From Pseudomonadota bacterium (lineage in GTDB: Bacteria > Pseudomonadota > Alphaproteobacteria > Rickettsiales > UBA1997), in NCBI GenBank assembly GCA_009925685.1, contig RFYG01000001.1:1-43923 (forward strand): a stretch of 43,923 nt of DNA, read 5' to 3'. How positions within the stretch are numbered: the first letter of the stretch is position 1; each line of letters starts with the position of its first letter. Positions 32,223 through 43,335 of this stretch are shown here, piece after piece. The notes beneath the pieces are model-generated. The model made no database searches. It was not told where the DNA came from and was given only the letters and a program-made list of their open reading frames with translations. The position numbers and the translations under genes are program-made.

Positions 32223-34022
32223 ATGTCTGAAACCAAAATAGCAAATTATTCAATTATCGACCATGAATTTGATGTAGTAGTTGTTGGAGCTGGCGGAGCC
32301 GGTCTTCGCTCTACCTTCGGCATGGCACAAAAGGGTTTATCAACCGCTTGTATAAGTAAAGTTTTTCCAACCCGCTCTCATACTGTAGCTGCTCAAGGTG
32401 GAATATCCGCTGCTCTTGGTAATATGGGTGAAGATGATTGGCGTTGGCACATGTTCGATACCATCAAGGGATCTGATTGGCTTGGAGATCAAGACGCAAT
32501 TGAATATATGTGCAAAGAAGCTCCCGATGCAATAATTGAACTTGAGCACTATGGAGTCCCGTTCTCACGCACAAAAAATGGTAAAATTTATCAACGACCA
32601 TTTGGTGGCATGACCAAAAAATACGGCGAAGGCGGTCCCGCGCAACGAACTTGTGCGGCAGCAGATAGAACTGGCCATGCAATTCTTCATACCCTTTATC
32701 AACAATCCTTAAAACATAACGCACAATTTTTTATCGAATATTTTGCTCTCGACTTAATTATGGAAAATGGTGTGTGTCGCGGAGTTATAGCATTATCGAT
32801 GCTTGATGGTACAATCCACCGTTTCAAAGCTCATTTAGTTGTTTTGGCAACTGGTGGATATGGTCGCGCCTATTTTTCAGCTACCTCAGCTCATACATGC
32901 ACCGGTGATGGAGGAGGAATGGTTTTGCGAGCTGGACTTCCACTGCAAGATATGGAATTTGTTCAATTTCACCCGACTGGAGTATATGGCTCCGGGTGCC
33001 TTATTACCGAAGGCGCAAGAGGTGAAGGAGGGTATTTAGTAAATTCTGAGGGCGAAAGATTTATGGAACGCTATGCCCCAAGCGCCAAAGATTTAGCAAG
33101 TCGCGACGTGGTTTCGCGTGCAATGACCATGGAAATCATGGCTGGACGTGGAGTTGGACCCAACAAAGATCACATCTATCTTCACCTTAATCATCTCGAC
33201 CCAAAAGTTCTTCACGAAAGATTACCCGGAATTTCTGAAACAGCTAAAATCTTCGCAGGTGTTGATGTTACTAAACAACCAATTCCAGTTCTTCCTACGG
33301 TTCACTACAATATGGGTGGCATCCCGACAAATTACAAAGGTGAAGTTTTAAATATTAAGAACCATAAAACCGAAATTGTCGCAGGTTTAATGGCGATAGG
33401 TGAAGCAGGATGCGTTTCGGTTCACGGAGCCAACCGCCTTGGATCCAATTCGCTTCTTGATCTCGTTGTTTTTGGAAGAGCTTCAGCAATCAGAGCTTCA
33501 GAAATTGTTAAACCAAATTCTAAACACAATGATTTCCAAGCAAACACTGGAGAACAAGCAATTGATAGACTCAATAAAATCCGCAATGCCAAAGGCTCAC
33601 TTTCAACCTCAAAAATTCGAGGCGAAATGCAGGATTGCATGCAAACTCATGCCGCGGTGTTTAGAACCGAAAAAACACTTCAAGATGGCGCCAATAAAAT
33701 GAAAAAAATCTTCAATAATTTTGATGATATTAAAATTTCTGATCGAGGACTAATTTGGAATAGCGATTTAATCGAAGCACTTGAGCTTGATAATCTTCGC
33801 TCTCAAGCCCTCGTTACAATTGCTAGCGCTTTAAATCGCAAAGAAAGCCGTGGGGCTCATGCTCGTGATGACTTTAAAGACCGAGATGATGATAATTGGC
33901 TAAAACATACAATTATGTGGTGCGATAACAACGGACAAACCAAAATTGACTATCGCGAAGTGGTTTTAAAACCCTTAAGTAACGAAGTTCAGGCCTTTCC
34001 CCCCAAAAAGCGAGTTTATTAA
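32223..34022 (+). CDS. sdhA: Succinate dehydrogenase flavoprotein subunit
   Basis: The FAD-binding [12 protein letters not shown], the [10 protein letters not shown] covalent-FAD histidine region, HPTG and [12 protein letters not shown] are all present. Confidence 0.95.
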   Translation: MSETKIANYSIIDHEFDVVVVGAGGAGLRSTFGMAQKGLSTACISKVFPTRSHTVAAQGGISAALGNMGEDDWRWHMFDTIKGSDWLGDQDAIEYMCKEAPDAIIELEHYGVPFSRTKNGKIYQRPFGGMTKKYGEGGPAQRTCAAADRTGHAILHTLYQQSLKHNAQFFIEYFALDLIMENGVCRGVIALSMLDGTIHRFKAHLVVLATGGYGRAYFSATSAHTCTGDGGGMVLRAGLPLQDMEFVQFHPTGVYGSGCLITEGARGEGGYLVNSEGERFMERYAPSAKDLASRDVVSRAMTMEIMAGRGVGPNKDHIYLHLNHLDPKVLHERLPGISETAKIFAGVDVTKQPIPVLPTVHYNMGGIPTNYKGEVLNIKNHKTEIVAGLMAIGEAGCVSVHGANRLGSNSLLDLVVFGRASAIRASEIVKPNSKHNDFQANTGEQAIDRLNKIRNAKGSLSTSKIRGEMQDCMQTHAAVFRTEKTLQDGANKMKKIFNNFDDIKISDRGLIWNSDLIEALELDNLRSQALVTIASALNRKESRGAHARDDFKDRDDDNWLKHTIMWCDNNGQTKIDYREVVLKPLSNEVQAFPPKKRVY

Positions 34023-34040
34023 TTATTAAAATTTTAAATT

Positions 34041-34838
34041 ATGGCAGAATTCACTTTACCAAAAAATTCAAAAATCGATAACAAGAATTGTAAAACCTTC
34101 AAAGCTGACGGAAATTCTAAAAACGTTAAAGTTTTTGAGGTTTATAGATATGACCCCGAAGATTCTGAGCAAAAAAATCCCCACATCGATCGTTTTGAAA
34201 TTGATCTGGATAATTGCGGACCAATGGTTCTCGATGCTCTCATAAAAATGAAATCCGAACAAGACTCAAGCCTTACATTCCGTCGCTCTTGTCGTGAAGG
34301 AATTTGTGGCTCATGCGCTATGAATATTGACGGCTCTAACACTCTTGCATGCACAAAATCTATATCGGACTGCAAGTCAAACACCATTAAAATTTATCCA
34401 CTTCCTCACATGCCAGTGGTCAAAGACTTAGTTCCTGATTTAACCCACTTTTATGAACAATATAAATCCATCAAACCATGGCTTCAGGCTTCGGAACCGA
34501 ATAACCCTCAAAAGGAAAGACAACAATCTCCCGAAGAAAGAGAAAAACTTGATGGCTTATATGAGTGTATTCTTTGCGCATGCTGTTCAACATCCTGCCC
34601 TAGTTACTGGTGGAATAGTGAAAAATATCTTGGACCCGCTATACTTCTTCAAGCTCAACGCTGGATAGCTGATTCTCGAGATGAGGCAACCGCCGAGAGA
34701 CTTGACGCTCTTGAAGATCCATTCAAACTCTATCGTTGCCACACCATCATGAATTGCACGCAAACATGTCCTAAAGGCTTAAATCCTGCAAAGGCAATTG
34801 GTAAAATTAAGCAGGCCATCGCCGATAGAAAAGCTTAA
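34041..34838 (+). CDS. sdhB: Succinate dehydrogenase iron-sulfur subunit
   Basis: Cysteine clusters [27 protein letters not shown] and [15 protein letters not shown]. Confidence 0.95.
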   Translation: MAEFTLPKNSKIDNKNCKTFKADGNSKNVKVFEVYRYDPEDSEQKNPHIDRFEIDLDNCGPMVLDALIKMKSEQDSSLTFRRSCREGICGSCAMNIDGSNTLACTKSISDCKSNTIKIYPLPHMPVVKDLVPDLTHFYEQYKSIKPWLQASEPNNPQKERQQSPEEREKLDGLYECILCACCSTSCPSYWWNSEKYLGPAILLQAQRWIADSRDEATAERLDALEDPFKLYRCHTIMNCTQTCPKGLNPAKAIGKIKQAIADRKA

Positions 34839-34847
34839 TTCGCCATT

Positions 34848-34878
34848 AATCGAATTATTTAATATTTATTCGATTTTT
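34848..34878 (+). terminator. Weak AT-rich hairpin plus T-run after sdhB
   Basis: AATCGAAT (34848-34855) pairs with ATTCGATT (34868-34875) around a 12-nt loop, followed by TTT. The stem is AT-rich, so its stability is doubtful. Confidence 0.3.
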
Positions 34879-34934
34879 GAAAAACACTTAAAACAAGCCT
34901 TTTGCAATCTAAAACCAAAACTTATCAATTGATT

Positions 34935-35744
34935 ATGAGCAAAAATATCTTCTTCCTAGGATGCGGAAAAATGGGTACAAAAATTCTCAATAATTTGATA
35001 AAAAACAATCTATTCAACAAACAAGATTTTTTAATTTTAAAACCCACTCAAAACAATAAAATCAACGATATAAATCATATCTCTAATTTAGATGATATTC
35101 CGAAAAACTATCAAGCCGATGTAATTTTTATATGTATAAAGCCCCAAAATGCCTCTAAAATTTTGCAAGAACTCGCTCAATCTAAAATATTTAAACAAAA
35201 TACTGTAATTATCTCAATTTTAGCTGGCAAAAGCACATTTTTTTTTAAAAATATTTTTGGACAAAATTCTCAAATAGCTCGATGCATGCCCAACACAACC
35301 CTTGAAGTTGATCACGGAATTATTCCAATCTTTTTTGACGGCGTTAACGAAAATAATAAAACTTTGGTTAATAATTTTTTTAAGAATTGTGGCTTATACT
35401 TTGAAATAAAAGATGAAAATCTGTTTCATGCCCTTACAGCTTTATATGGATGTGGCCCCGCTTATATTTTTCTTCTCCAAGAGATTTTTGAAAATTTAGC
35501 TAAAAAATATTTAATTCCTCATGAAATTATTCGTGAATTAACCACAAATTTATTTTTAGGTTCAGCAGTTCTAAGTCAAAAATCATCAAAAAACTTTAAA
35601 GATTTAAGAGCCGATGTAACCAGCAAGAAAGGTGTAACTGAGGCTTCATTGAAATCTTTGATTAAAAATAATAAGTTACAAAATGTCTTTTCTAAAGCCC
35701 TCGAAAGTGGCATTAAAAAATCTCAACGCCTCGAGAAATTATGA
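34935..35744 (+). CDS. proC: Pyrroline-5-carboxylate reductase
   Basis: The Rossmann N-terminus IFFLGCGKMG sits right after the ATG at 34935, so the track start at TTG 34902 is less likely. The later ...PNTTLEV..., GCGPAYIF and SKKGVTEASL match ProC. Confidence 0.8.
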   Translation: MSKNIFFLGCGKMGTKILNNLIKNNLFNKQDFLILKPTQNNKINDINHISNLDDIPKNYQADVIFICIKPQNASKILQELAQSKIFKQNTVIISILAGKSTFFFKNIFGQNSQIARCMPNTTLEVDHGIIPIFFDGVNENNKTLVNNFFKNCGLYFEIKDENLFHALTALYGCGPAYIFLLQEIFENLAKKYLIPHEIIRELTTNLFLGSAVLSQKSSKNFKDLRADVTSKKGVTEASLKSLIKNNKLQNVFSKALESGIKKSQRLEKL

Positions 35745-36202
35745 CCACAAATTCACCGCAAACAGACTCACAAAAAATCATAATATACACCGATGGAGCT
35801 TGCTCTGGTAATCCCGGTGATGGCGGATGGGGAGCGATATTAATGTTTAAAGAGCATCAAAAACAAATTTCTGGCTCTCAAAAAGATACCACCAACAACC
35901 AAATGGAAATTAAAGCCGTTATTGAATCATTAAAAGTTATTAAAAAATCCTCCGAAATTATTATTTATACCGATAGCAAATACGTAATGGATGGTATTAC
36001 AAAGTGGATTAATGGATGGAAAATCAACGGCTGGAAAACTGCCGACAAAAAGCCTGTTAAGAATTGTGAATTATGGCGACAACTTGATATCGAGGTCAAT
36101 AAACACAGCATTGAATGGCGCTGGATAAAGGGTCACTCGGGTAATAAATATAATGAAATTGCTGATAATCTTGCTCGCGAGGCAATTTTTAAGAATATCT
36201 AA
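35741..36202 (+). CDS. rnhA: Ribonuclease HI
   Basis: IYTDGACSGNPGDGGWG, TNNQMEIKA, IYTDSKYV and KGHSGNKYNEIADNLA include the DEDD catalytic residues. Confidence 0.9.
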   Translation: MTTNSPQTDSQKIIIYTDGACSGNPGDGGWGAILMFKEHQKQISGSQKDTTNNQMEIKAVIESLKVIKKSSEIIIYTDSKYVMDGITKWINGWKINGWKTADKKPVKNCELWRQLDIEVNKHSIEWRWIKGHSGNKYNEIADNLAREAIFKNI

Positions 36203-36254
36203 ATTTGATTTAAGGTTTTGATATCAATGCATCAAGTTTTTATCAATGTAAAAA

Positions 36255-38870
36255 CTAGATCACAATATTTACCAGCTTATCTGGTACTACAACGATTTTT
36301 TTAATCTCCTTACCATCGATAAATTTTTTAACGTTTTCATGATTAATTGCTTGATCTTGCATAAAATCTTTATTGATACCCTTAGGCATATCTATAACAG
36401 CCCGAAGCTTTCCCGACACCTGAACGGCTACAGAAATACTGTCATCAATCAACAAATCGCGTTCAAAATCCGGAAATTTAGCATTGCATATTAACGAATT
36501 ATTACCCAACTCACACCACAATTCTTCGGCTAAATGAGGCATAATTGGAGCAATCAAAATTGCTAAATTTTGGAGGGCAAAACGCATTATTTGAACATCA
36601 GCATCATTGCTAGAACTGTTTTTTTCTAGGGCATTACTAAACTCTCTAATCTTAGCAATAGCTCGATTAAAATTTAATTTATTCAATTCGTCTTGAACAA
36701 AAAATATAGCTCGATGGATTGATTTTATTAAATCAATTTGCGTCTTTGATAAATTAGAAAAATCTTTGGAACCAAAACTTTTTATATCGCCAATCATCAA
36801 TTGCTTGTTATTGACAACAAACCCAGCCACCAACTTCCATAAACGGTTTACATAACGCCAAGCCCCATCAATTCCACTCTCCGACCAGTCTAAATCACGC
36901 GATGCGGGAGTGTCAGAAAGCATAAAAAGTCGCGCGGTATCAGCTCCGTAACTTTTAACAATATTGATCGGCTCAACAACATTTTTTTTCGATTTACTCA
37001 TTTTTTCACTACGCCCCAGAATTATTTCTTGGCGAGTTTCTTCGTGAATAAATTTTCCTTTTTCAATCTCAATAACTGAACTCGGATAAACCCAATTTCC
37101 AAATTTATCTTTGAATGTGTGATGGCATACCATTCCTTGAGTTAGAAGGTTCTTAAATGGTTCATTAAATGATAAATATCCACATTTATTTAAAGCTTTA
37201 ACAAAAAATCTAGAATAAAGTAAATGCAAAACAGCGTGCTCAACCCCTCCAATATATTGATCAACCGGCATAATTTTGTCGACCAAATCCTTCTCAAAAG
37301 CTTTATTTTCTGGGGCCGAAATATAGCGTAAAAAATACCAAGAACTCTCAAAAAAAGTATCAAAAGTGTCGGTCTCGCGAAGAGCTTTGTAGACCTTTCC
37401 ATCGACATCTTTAAAGGTTGTATGTTTCCAAGTTGGATGCAATTCAAGTGGATTTCCCATGCCATTAAATTCGACATCTTTAGGTAACTCAACGGGAAGT
37501 TGATCATCCGGTACCAAAACCGTTCTTCCATCTTCAAGATATAATATTGGAATTGGACATCCCCAATATCTTTGGCGTGAAATTCCCCAATCGCGCAAGC
37601 GATAATTTGTTTTCTTTTCAGCTAATTTTTGACTCGCCAAAATCTCAAACATTTTTTCCTTAGCCAACTTTGAATCGAGGCCATTAAGCTCGCCAGAATT
37701 TATCAAGACTCCGTCGTCTAAAAAAGGTAATTCACATTTTTGACCATCAAATGAAGCAATAACTTGAGTAATTTTTAGTTGATATTTTTGGGCAAATTCA
37801 AAGTCACGCTGATCGTGAGCAGGACAACCGAATATTGCACCGGTGCCGTATTCCATAAGCACAAAATTAGCGATAAAAACTTCAAGTTTTATATTTTTAT
37901 CGAGTGGATGAATTACTTCAATTCCAGTTCTAATGCCTATTTTTTCTTGCTTTTCGAGAGTTTGTTCATCAACTGCGTTTTTGTTACATTCATCAATAAA
38001 ATTTTTTATCTCAATTTTATTTTTAGCAATTTCTTGGGCTAAAGGATGATGTGGCGAAATAGCCAAAAATGATGCTCCATATAAAGTATCTGGTCGAGTC
38101 GTGTAAATTTTGACATAAGAATTTTCAATTAATTTAGTTGAATTGTTATTGGCAATGGCAAAATCGATTAACAATCCAGAGCTTTTTCCAATCCATTTTT
38201 CTTGCATCGATAAAACCCTTTCGTCCCAACCGTTGAGGTTTTTTAATTCCTGCAATAATTCTTCAGAAAATTCTGAAACTTTTAAAAACCATTGTTTTAA
38301 TTTTTTTTTCTCAACCAAAGCTCCACTTCGCCAGCCTTTTCCATCGATTACTTGTTCATTAGCCAGAACGGTTTTATCAATCGGATCCCAATTAACAAAA
38401 GATTCTTTTTGATATGCCAAACCGGCCTTAAAAAAATCACCAAATATTTTTTGTTCGTGACGATAATATTTGGGCAAACATGTTATAACCTCGCGATCCC
38501 AATCAACCGATAAGCCTATCGACTTAAGCTCATCACGCATATTTTCGATATTTGACAAAGTCCAACTTTCGGGATGAATACCTCGTTGCAAGGCCGCGTT
38601 TTCAGCTGGCAAACCAAAAGCATCGAAGCCCATTGGGTGTAATACATTCAAACCTTGTAATTTTTTGAAGCGTGCAACCACATCACCGATTGTATAATTG
38701 CGAAGGTGTCCCATATGAATTTTTCCAGATGGATAAGGAAACATTTCGAGGACGTAATATTTTGATTTTGATGAATTTGGGTCAAATTTAAAAACATGAT
38801 TTTTTGCCCAAATTTCTTGCCATTTTTTTTCAGATAATTGGTGATTATAATTCGCTATATCTTGTTGCAT
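36255..38870 (-). CDS. leuS: Leucyl-tRNA synthetase
   Basis: It has the HIGH-type motif [15 protein letters not shown], the KMSKS motif (EKMSKSKKN) and the CP1 editing region. The size is 871 aa. Confidence 0.95.
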   Translation of the reverse strand: MQQDIANYNHQLSEKKWQEIWAKNHVFKFDPNSSKSKYYVLEMFPYPSGKIHMGHLRNYTIGDVVARFKKLQGLNVLHPMGFDAFGLPAENAALQRGIHPESWTLSNIENMRDELKSIGLSVDWDREVITCLPKYYRHEQKIFGDFFKAGLAYQKESFVNWDPIDKTVLANEQVIDGKGWRSGALVEKKKLKQWFLKVSEFSEELLQELKNLNGWDERVLSMQEKWIGKSSGLLIDFAIANNNSTKLIENSYVKIYTTRPDTLYGASFLAISPHHPLAQEIAKNKIEIKNFIDECNKNAVDEQTLEKQEKIGIRTGIEVIHPLDKNIKLEVFIANFVLMEYGTGAIFGCPAHDQRDFEFAQKYQLKITQVIASFDGQKCELPFLDDGVLINSGELNGLDSKLAKEKMFEILASQKLAEKKTNYRLRDWGISRQRYWGCPIPILYLEDGRTVLVPDDQLPVELPKDVEFNGMGNPLELHPTWKHTTFKDVDGKVYKALRETDTFDTFFESSWYFLRYISAPENKAFEKDLVDKIMPVDQYIGGVEHAVLHLLYSRFFVKALNKCGYLSFNEPFKNLLTQGMVCHHTFKDKFGNWVYPSSVIEIEKGKFIHEETRQEIILGRSEKMSKSKKNVVEPINIVKSYGADTARLFMLSDTPASRDLDWSESGIDGAWRYVNRLWKLVAGFVVNNKQLMIGDIKSFGSKDFSNLSKTQIDLIKSIHRAIFFVQDELNKLNFNRAIAKIREFSNALEKNSSSNDADVQIMRFALQNLAILIAPIMPHLAEELWCELGNNSLICNAKFPDFERDLLIDDSISVAVQVSGKLRAVIDMPKGINKDFMQDQAINHENVKKFIDGKEIKKIVVVPDKLVNIVI

Positions 38871-38884
38871 TTGTATTTAATGAA

Positions 38885-39688
38885 TTAAATTTTTTGAATA
38901 ATTTTGTTAAAAATATTCATGATTTTTTGTGAATTTTGTGAGTTGTCTAAAATGAATGGTTTTTTGTTTTCGCAAGCTTGAGATATCGAATCCATAATTT
39001 CAATTTCACCTAAAAAATCAATTTGCGTTTGTTTGGATAATTCTTTGACGCCGTCACAACCAAAAATATATTTTTTATCGCCATTAACCTCAAGAAAAGA
39101 CATATTTTGTATTAAACCCAAAATTGGGATATTAAGTTTTTTAAAGCAATCAATCGATTTAATTAAATCAATAACGGCAATACTTTGAGGCGTTGAAACC
39201 AAAACCACGCCCGCAATTGGAAATTTTTCAGCCATACTTAAATATACATCGCCGGTTCCGGGAGGCATATCAACAACCATGATTTCGACTTTTTTGTTAT
39301 CAAATTGCCAATTTGTACTTCTGATTAATTGATATAAAATTTTAGTTACCATTGGTCCGCGCCAAACCCCTGCTTGACTTGAATCGGTCAGGTTGGCAAT
39401 CGACATGATTTTTAAATTATTTTTAATTAATGGCTGAAATTGATTATCGATAACTTTTGGTTTGTCGTTAATATCAAGAAGGTGAGCGATTGAAGGTCCA
39501 TAAATGTCCGCATCGACCAAAGCAACAGACGAAATTTTTTGCGCTAAAAAAAGTGCTAAATTGCAAGCCAAGGTCGATTTTCCAACTCCACCTTTGGCTG
39601 ATGCAACTAGAATTATTTTTTTTACTCCAATTACTTCGGAAGGCTTATTTATAAAATCCGCAAGGGTTTTGGAATCGTTGATTGGCAT
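38885..39688 (-). CDS. mrp: Mrp/ApbC/NBP35-family Fe-S cluster carrier ATPase
   Basis: Deviant Walker A ASAKGGVGKSTLACNLA, then VVDMPPGTGD. Confidence 0.85.
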   Translation of the reverse strand: MPINDSKTLADFINKPSEVIGVKKIILVASAKGGVGKSTLACNLALFLAQKISSVALVDADIYGPSIAHLLDINDKPKVIDNQFQPLIKNNLKIMSIANLTDSSQAGVWRGPMVTKILYQLIRSTNWQFDNKKVEIMVVDMPPGTGDVYLSMAEKFPIAGVVLVSTPQSIAVIDLIKSIDCFKKLNIPILGLIQNMSFLEVNGDKKYIFGCDGVKELSKQTQIDFLGEIEIMDSISQACENKKPFILDNSQNSQKIMNIFNKIIQKI

Positions 39689-39779
39689 TTAAAATTTTAA
39701 TTGAATTTGATATTGTAGAAAATTAATATCGGGCATTCAAATATCTCCCAAAATTTTAATAAATTCAAACATTATTTCG

Positions 39780-41033
39780 ATGTTCAAGCTAATTATTGAC
39801 AACCTTAAAAACTTTTCTAATTCATCTGGTCCTTGGGGCGGTGGCCCTTGGGGTGGAAACAATGGCAATCAAGGCAACGGTAATCGAGGAAACTCAAGTG
39901 GCGGTAAAGATAACTCATCAAATTCCAATAACAATAATTCAAAAAACACTAATAATTTTTTTAAAAAAAATAACAACTCCTCCAATAATAATAATGATTC
40001 CGACGACTTTATTACCAAAATTATTAAACAAGTTTTAAAGTTTTTTAATGATTTTTCTGCCCAATCTCAAAATCCAACAAAAGCCCCCAAATCAGGAATC
40101 GGGATCATGGTTTTAATTATAATTTTAACTTATTTAAGCTTCGGTTTTTACAAAGTTGATCCCGATGAAAATGCTGTAACTTTATATTTTGGAAAATTCT
40201 ACCGCACTTCGGAACCTGGTCTTAATTATCATATTCCCTACCCCTTTGGACAAGTTATTAAAAAAAGCGTTACCAATGTTAATACCGAGGAATTTGGCTT
40301 TTCATCAACCAAAAAATTATCCAATAATATTGGTCAACGAAATTTTAATGCTGAAAGCTTAATGCTCACTGGCGACGAAAATATCGTCGATATTCAATTT
40401 CAGGTTCAATGGCAAATCGCCAATATCAAAGACTTCGTTTTTAATATCGCCGAACCTAATCAATCCATCCGCAAATCTTCTGAAAGCGCGATGCGCGAAA
40501 TTATCGCACGCACCCCAATTGCCCAAGCTTTATCTGATGGAAAAATGCAAATCGAGCAAGATGCCAAAAATCTTTTGCAAGAAATTTTAGATTCTTACAA
40601 TGCTGGAATTAGGATAGTTTTAGTTCAGCTTCGCAGAGTTGATCCACCCGAACAAGTAATAGATGCATTTCGAGATGTTCAAACTGCCAAAGCCGACAAG
40701 GAAAAAGAAATTAACCAAGCACAAGCATTCGCAAATGACATAATACCAAGATCCAGAGGAACAGCCTCCCAGATGAAAGAAGAAGCCGAAGCATATTCAA
40801 AGCAAGTTGTTGCCAATGCTCAAGGTGAAGCATCTAGATTTTTGGCAGTCTATAACGAATATGTTAAAGCCAAAGAAGTAACCAAGCGCCGAATTTATCT
40901 CGAAACTATGGAAAAAATATACGGTGAAGCAGATAAAATATATATCGACAAAAGTGCGAGCTCTGGGTCTATAACTCCATATTTTCCCTTAAACGACATC
41001 AATAAAACCAACAAACCTCTCAATTCAAATTAA
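39780..41033 (+). CDS. hflK: HflK (SPFH/band-7) modulator of FtsH, with an expanded Gly/Asn-rich N-terminus
   Basis: The N-terminal GPWGGGPWGG is followed by one TM helix and an SPFH domain (VDPDENAV..., LTGDENIVDIQF...). It lies immediately upstream of hflC. Confidence 0.85.
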   Translation: MFKLIIDNLKNFSNSSGPWGGGPWGGNNGNQGNGNRGNSSGGKDNSSNSNNNNSKNTNNFFKKNNNSSNNNNDSDDFITKIIKQVLKFFNDFSAQSQNPTKAPKSGIGIMVLIIILTYLSFGFYKVDPDENAVTLYFGKFYRTSEPGLNYHIPYPFGQVIKKSVTNVNTEEFGFSSTKKLSNNIGQRNFNAESLMLTGDENIVDIQFQVQWQIANIKDFVFNIAEPNQSIRKSSESAMREIIARTPIAQALSDGKMQIEQDAKNLLQEILDSYNAGIRIVLVQLRRVDPPEQVIDAFRDVQTAKADKEKEINQAQAFANDIIPRSRGTASQMKEEAEAYSKQVVANAQGEASRFLAVYNEYVKAKEVTKRRIYLETMEKIYGEADKIYIDKSASSGSITPYFPLNDINKTNKPLNSN

Positions 41034-41035
41034 AT

Positions 41036-41899
41036 ATGAAAAAATCAATCAAAAAGTTATTAATTGTTTCTACGCTTGCAATTATAACTTTTCAAAGCTC
41101 ATTTTTTACTGTTGACCAAAGACAACAAGTTTTAATTCTGCAATTTGGTGAACCAATTAGAGTTATCAATACTCCAGGGATTAAATTTAAAATGCCCTTT
41201 ATCCAAAACGCAATTTACTTTGAAAAACGCATAATCGATTTGTCACTCCCCGAACAAGAAGTGATAGCTTCCGATCAAAAACGATTAATTATCAACGCTT
41301 TCACCAAATTCCAAATAGTTGATCCGTTGAAATTTTACACAACCGTCGGCGGTTCTAACGGTTTATCAAACAAACTATCCGGAATTCTCGATTCAAGTTT
41401 ACGACAAGTTATTGGCGAAGTAACTCTCAACGAACTTCTTACCGAAAATCGTGGCAATATAATGCGCAAAATTAAAGACGCGGTCGGTTCATCCTCTGAA
41501 ATTTTTGGCATTAAAATTATTGATGTAAGAATAATGCGCGCTGATCTCCCAAAAGAAAACTCGGATGCAATTTATGCTAGAATGCAAACTGAACGCGAAA
41601 AAGAAGCGCGTGAAATTCGTGCTAAAGGTGCCGAAGAAGCTGATAAAATTAGAGCTGAAGCCAACAAACAAAAAACCATTATTCTAGCTGAAGCCAAAAA
41701 AACTGCCGACATTACTCGCGGAAATGGTGAAAAAGAATCCAACAAAATATATGCCTCCTCATTTGGCAAAGATCCTGATTTCGCTGATTTTTATCGATCA
41801 ATGATTGCTTACAAAATCGCCCTTAGCAACGATAAAACTAAAATGATAATTTCTCCAGATAGCAACTTCTTCAAATATTTTAGCAACTCCAAAAAATAA
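41036..41899 (+). CDS. hflC: HflC (SPFH/band-7)
   Basis: An N-terminal TM helix, FTVDQRQQVLILQFGEP, and an SPFH domain with a charged coiled-coil tail. It starts 2 nt after hflK. Confidence 0.85.
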   Translation: MKKSIKKLLIVSTLAIITFQSSFFTVDQRQQVLILQFGEPIRVINTPGIKFKMPFIQNAIYFEKRIIDLSLPEQEVIASDQKRLIINAFTKFQIVDPLKFYTTVGGSNGLSNKLSGILDSSLRQVIGEVTLNELLTENRGNIMRKIKDAVGSSSEIFGIKIIDVRIMRADLPKENSDAIYARMQTEREKEAREIRAKGAEEADKIRAEANKQKTIILAEAKKTADITRGNGEKESNKIYASSFGKDPDFADFYRSMIAYKIALSNDKTKMIISPDSNFFKYFSNSKK

Positions 41900-41905
41900 C
41901 CTCAC

Positions 41906-43321
41906 ATGACTCGCAAATTTTCTAAAATATTTTTGTTAATTTTATGTATAATTTGCTTGGGTCATAATTCATTTTCTCAACCCAATATCGTCCCATTAAA
42001 ATCTCAATTAGTTCCAAGCTTTGCCGATACAATCGAAGATTTATTGCCAACGGTAGTAAATATTTCAACCTCCCTTGACTATAATATTAACGACGAAGAT
42101 AGCGCTAATAATTCTCGATCATTTCTTGATGAGCGAACTAATCGGGAGCCTGATTCACGCCGAAAAATAACTTCGATAGGATCTGGTTTTATAATCTCTC
42201 CCGATGGTTATATCGTCACAAACGGACATGTGATTGAAGATTCGGTCGATATAAATATTAATTTACATGATGGCTCAAAATATAAAGCTAAGCTCGTGGG
42301 AGTTGATAAAAAAACTGATCTGGCATTGTTAAAAATCAACTCATCAAAAGAGTTAAAATTTGCAAAATTTGGCGATTCAAATAAATCAAGAATTGGCGAT
42401 TGGGCAATAGTAATAGGCAATCCATATGGCTTAGGAGGTTCAGTTTCGATTGGAATTATTTCAGCTCGAGGACGCGACATCAATACCGGCCAACTTGATG
42501 AATATATCCAAACCGATGCCGCAATTAACAAGGGTAACTCGGGAGGACCATTATTTAACTCCAAAGGTGAAGTCGTTGGTATCAATTCAGCAATTTTTTC
42601 TCCTTCGGGGGGAAGTGTTGGTATTGGATTTGCAACTCCTTCTAACAACGCTCTTCAGGTTATTAATCAAATACGCGAAGTTGGCGAAGTCTATCGAGGT
42701 TGGATTGGGGTGTCAGTTCAAGACTTAACTGACGAGCTCGCAGACTCGCTTAGATTGGATAAAATACGTGGCGCTTTTGTTAGCGATGTGGTTGTCAACG
42801 GTCCAGCCAGTAAAGCTGGAGTTTTACCAACCGATGTTATAATTCGCTTTGATGATCAAGAAGTTGACGACATGAAATCTCTTCCCAAAATTGTAAATCG
42901 CACACCAATTAATAAAATTGTTAAAGTACAAGTTTGGCGCCACGGGAAAACCAAAACATTAAATTTAATTGTGGAAAAATCTCGTGATGACGAAAATAAA
43001 ATCGATTCCAAGAAGTTTGAAACAAAAATTTTAGATAAAAAACCTCAACAAAAATTATTAAATATTCTCGGCATTAGTCTAGCTGAATACAAAAATAATG
43101 GGGTAGAAGGCTTGATTGTTAACGATATAGCGCCAAAGTCAGAAGCTATTGAAAAAGGCATTATAGTTGGAGATATAATTTTATCCATTAACCAAAATAA
43201 CATTAATTCACTCGAAAATTTTAAAGAAATCATTCGTGATCAAACTCAGAAAAATAAAAAAGTATTTCTATTCTTAAAGCGCAATAACAATAACTTCGCA
43301 GTTGTTTTGAACATTAAATAA
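41906..43321 (+). CDS. degP: DegP/HtrA-family periplasmic serine protease with two PDZ domains
   Basis: A signal peptide, the catalytic His in VTNGHV, Asp in DLALLKI and Ser in GNSGGPL, followed by two PDZ-like segments. Confidence 0.9.
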   Translation: MTRKFSKIFLLILCIICLGHNSFSQPNIVPLKSQLVPSFADTIEDLLPTVVNISTSLDYNINDEDSANNSRSFLDERTNREPDSRRKITSIGSGFIISPDGYIVTNGHVIEDSVDININLHDGSKYKAKLVGVDKKTDLALLKINSSKELKFAKFGDSNKSRIGDWAIVIGNPYGLGGSVSIGIISARGRDINTGQLDEYIQTDAAINKGNSGGPLFNSKGEVVGINSAIFSPSGGSVGIGFATPSNNALQVINQIREVGEVYRGWIGVSVQDLTDELADSLRLDKIRGAFVSDVVVNGPASKAGVLPTDVIIRFDDQEVDDMKSLPKIVNRTPINKIVKVQVWRHGKTKTLNLIVEKSRDDENKIDSKKFETKILDKKPQQKLLNILGISLAEYKNNGVEGLIVNDIAPKSEAIEKGIIVGDIILSINQNNINSLENFKEIIRDQTQKNKKVFLFLKRNNNNFAVVLNIK

Positions 43322-43335
43322 CTATATCAAAATTA

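Noticed and set aside
34902-34934. The TTG start for proC at 34902
   Set aside because: The Rossmann motif begins right after the ATG at 34935, and the extension adds 11 non-conserved residues. ATG 34935 is preferred.
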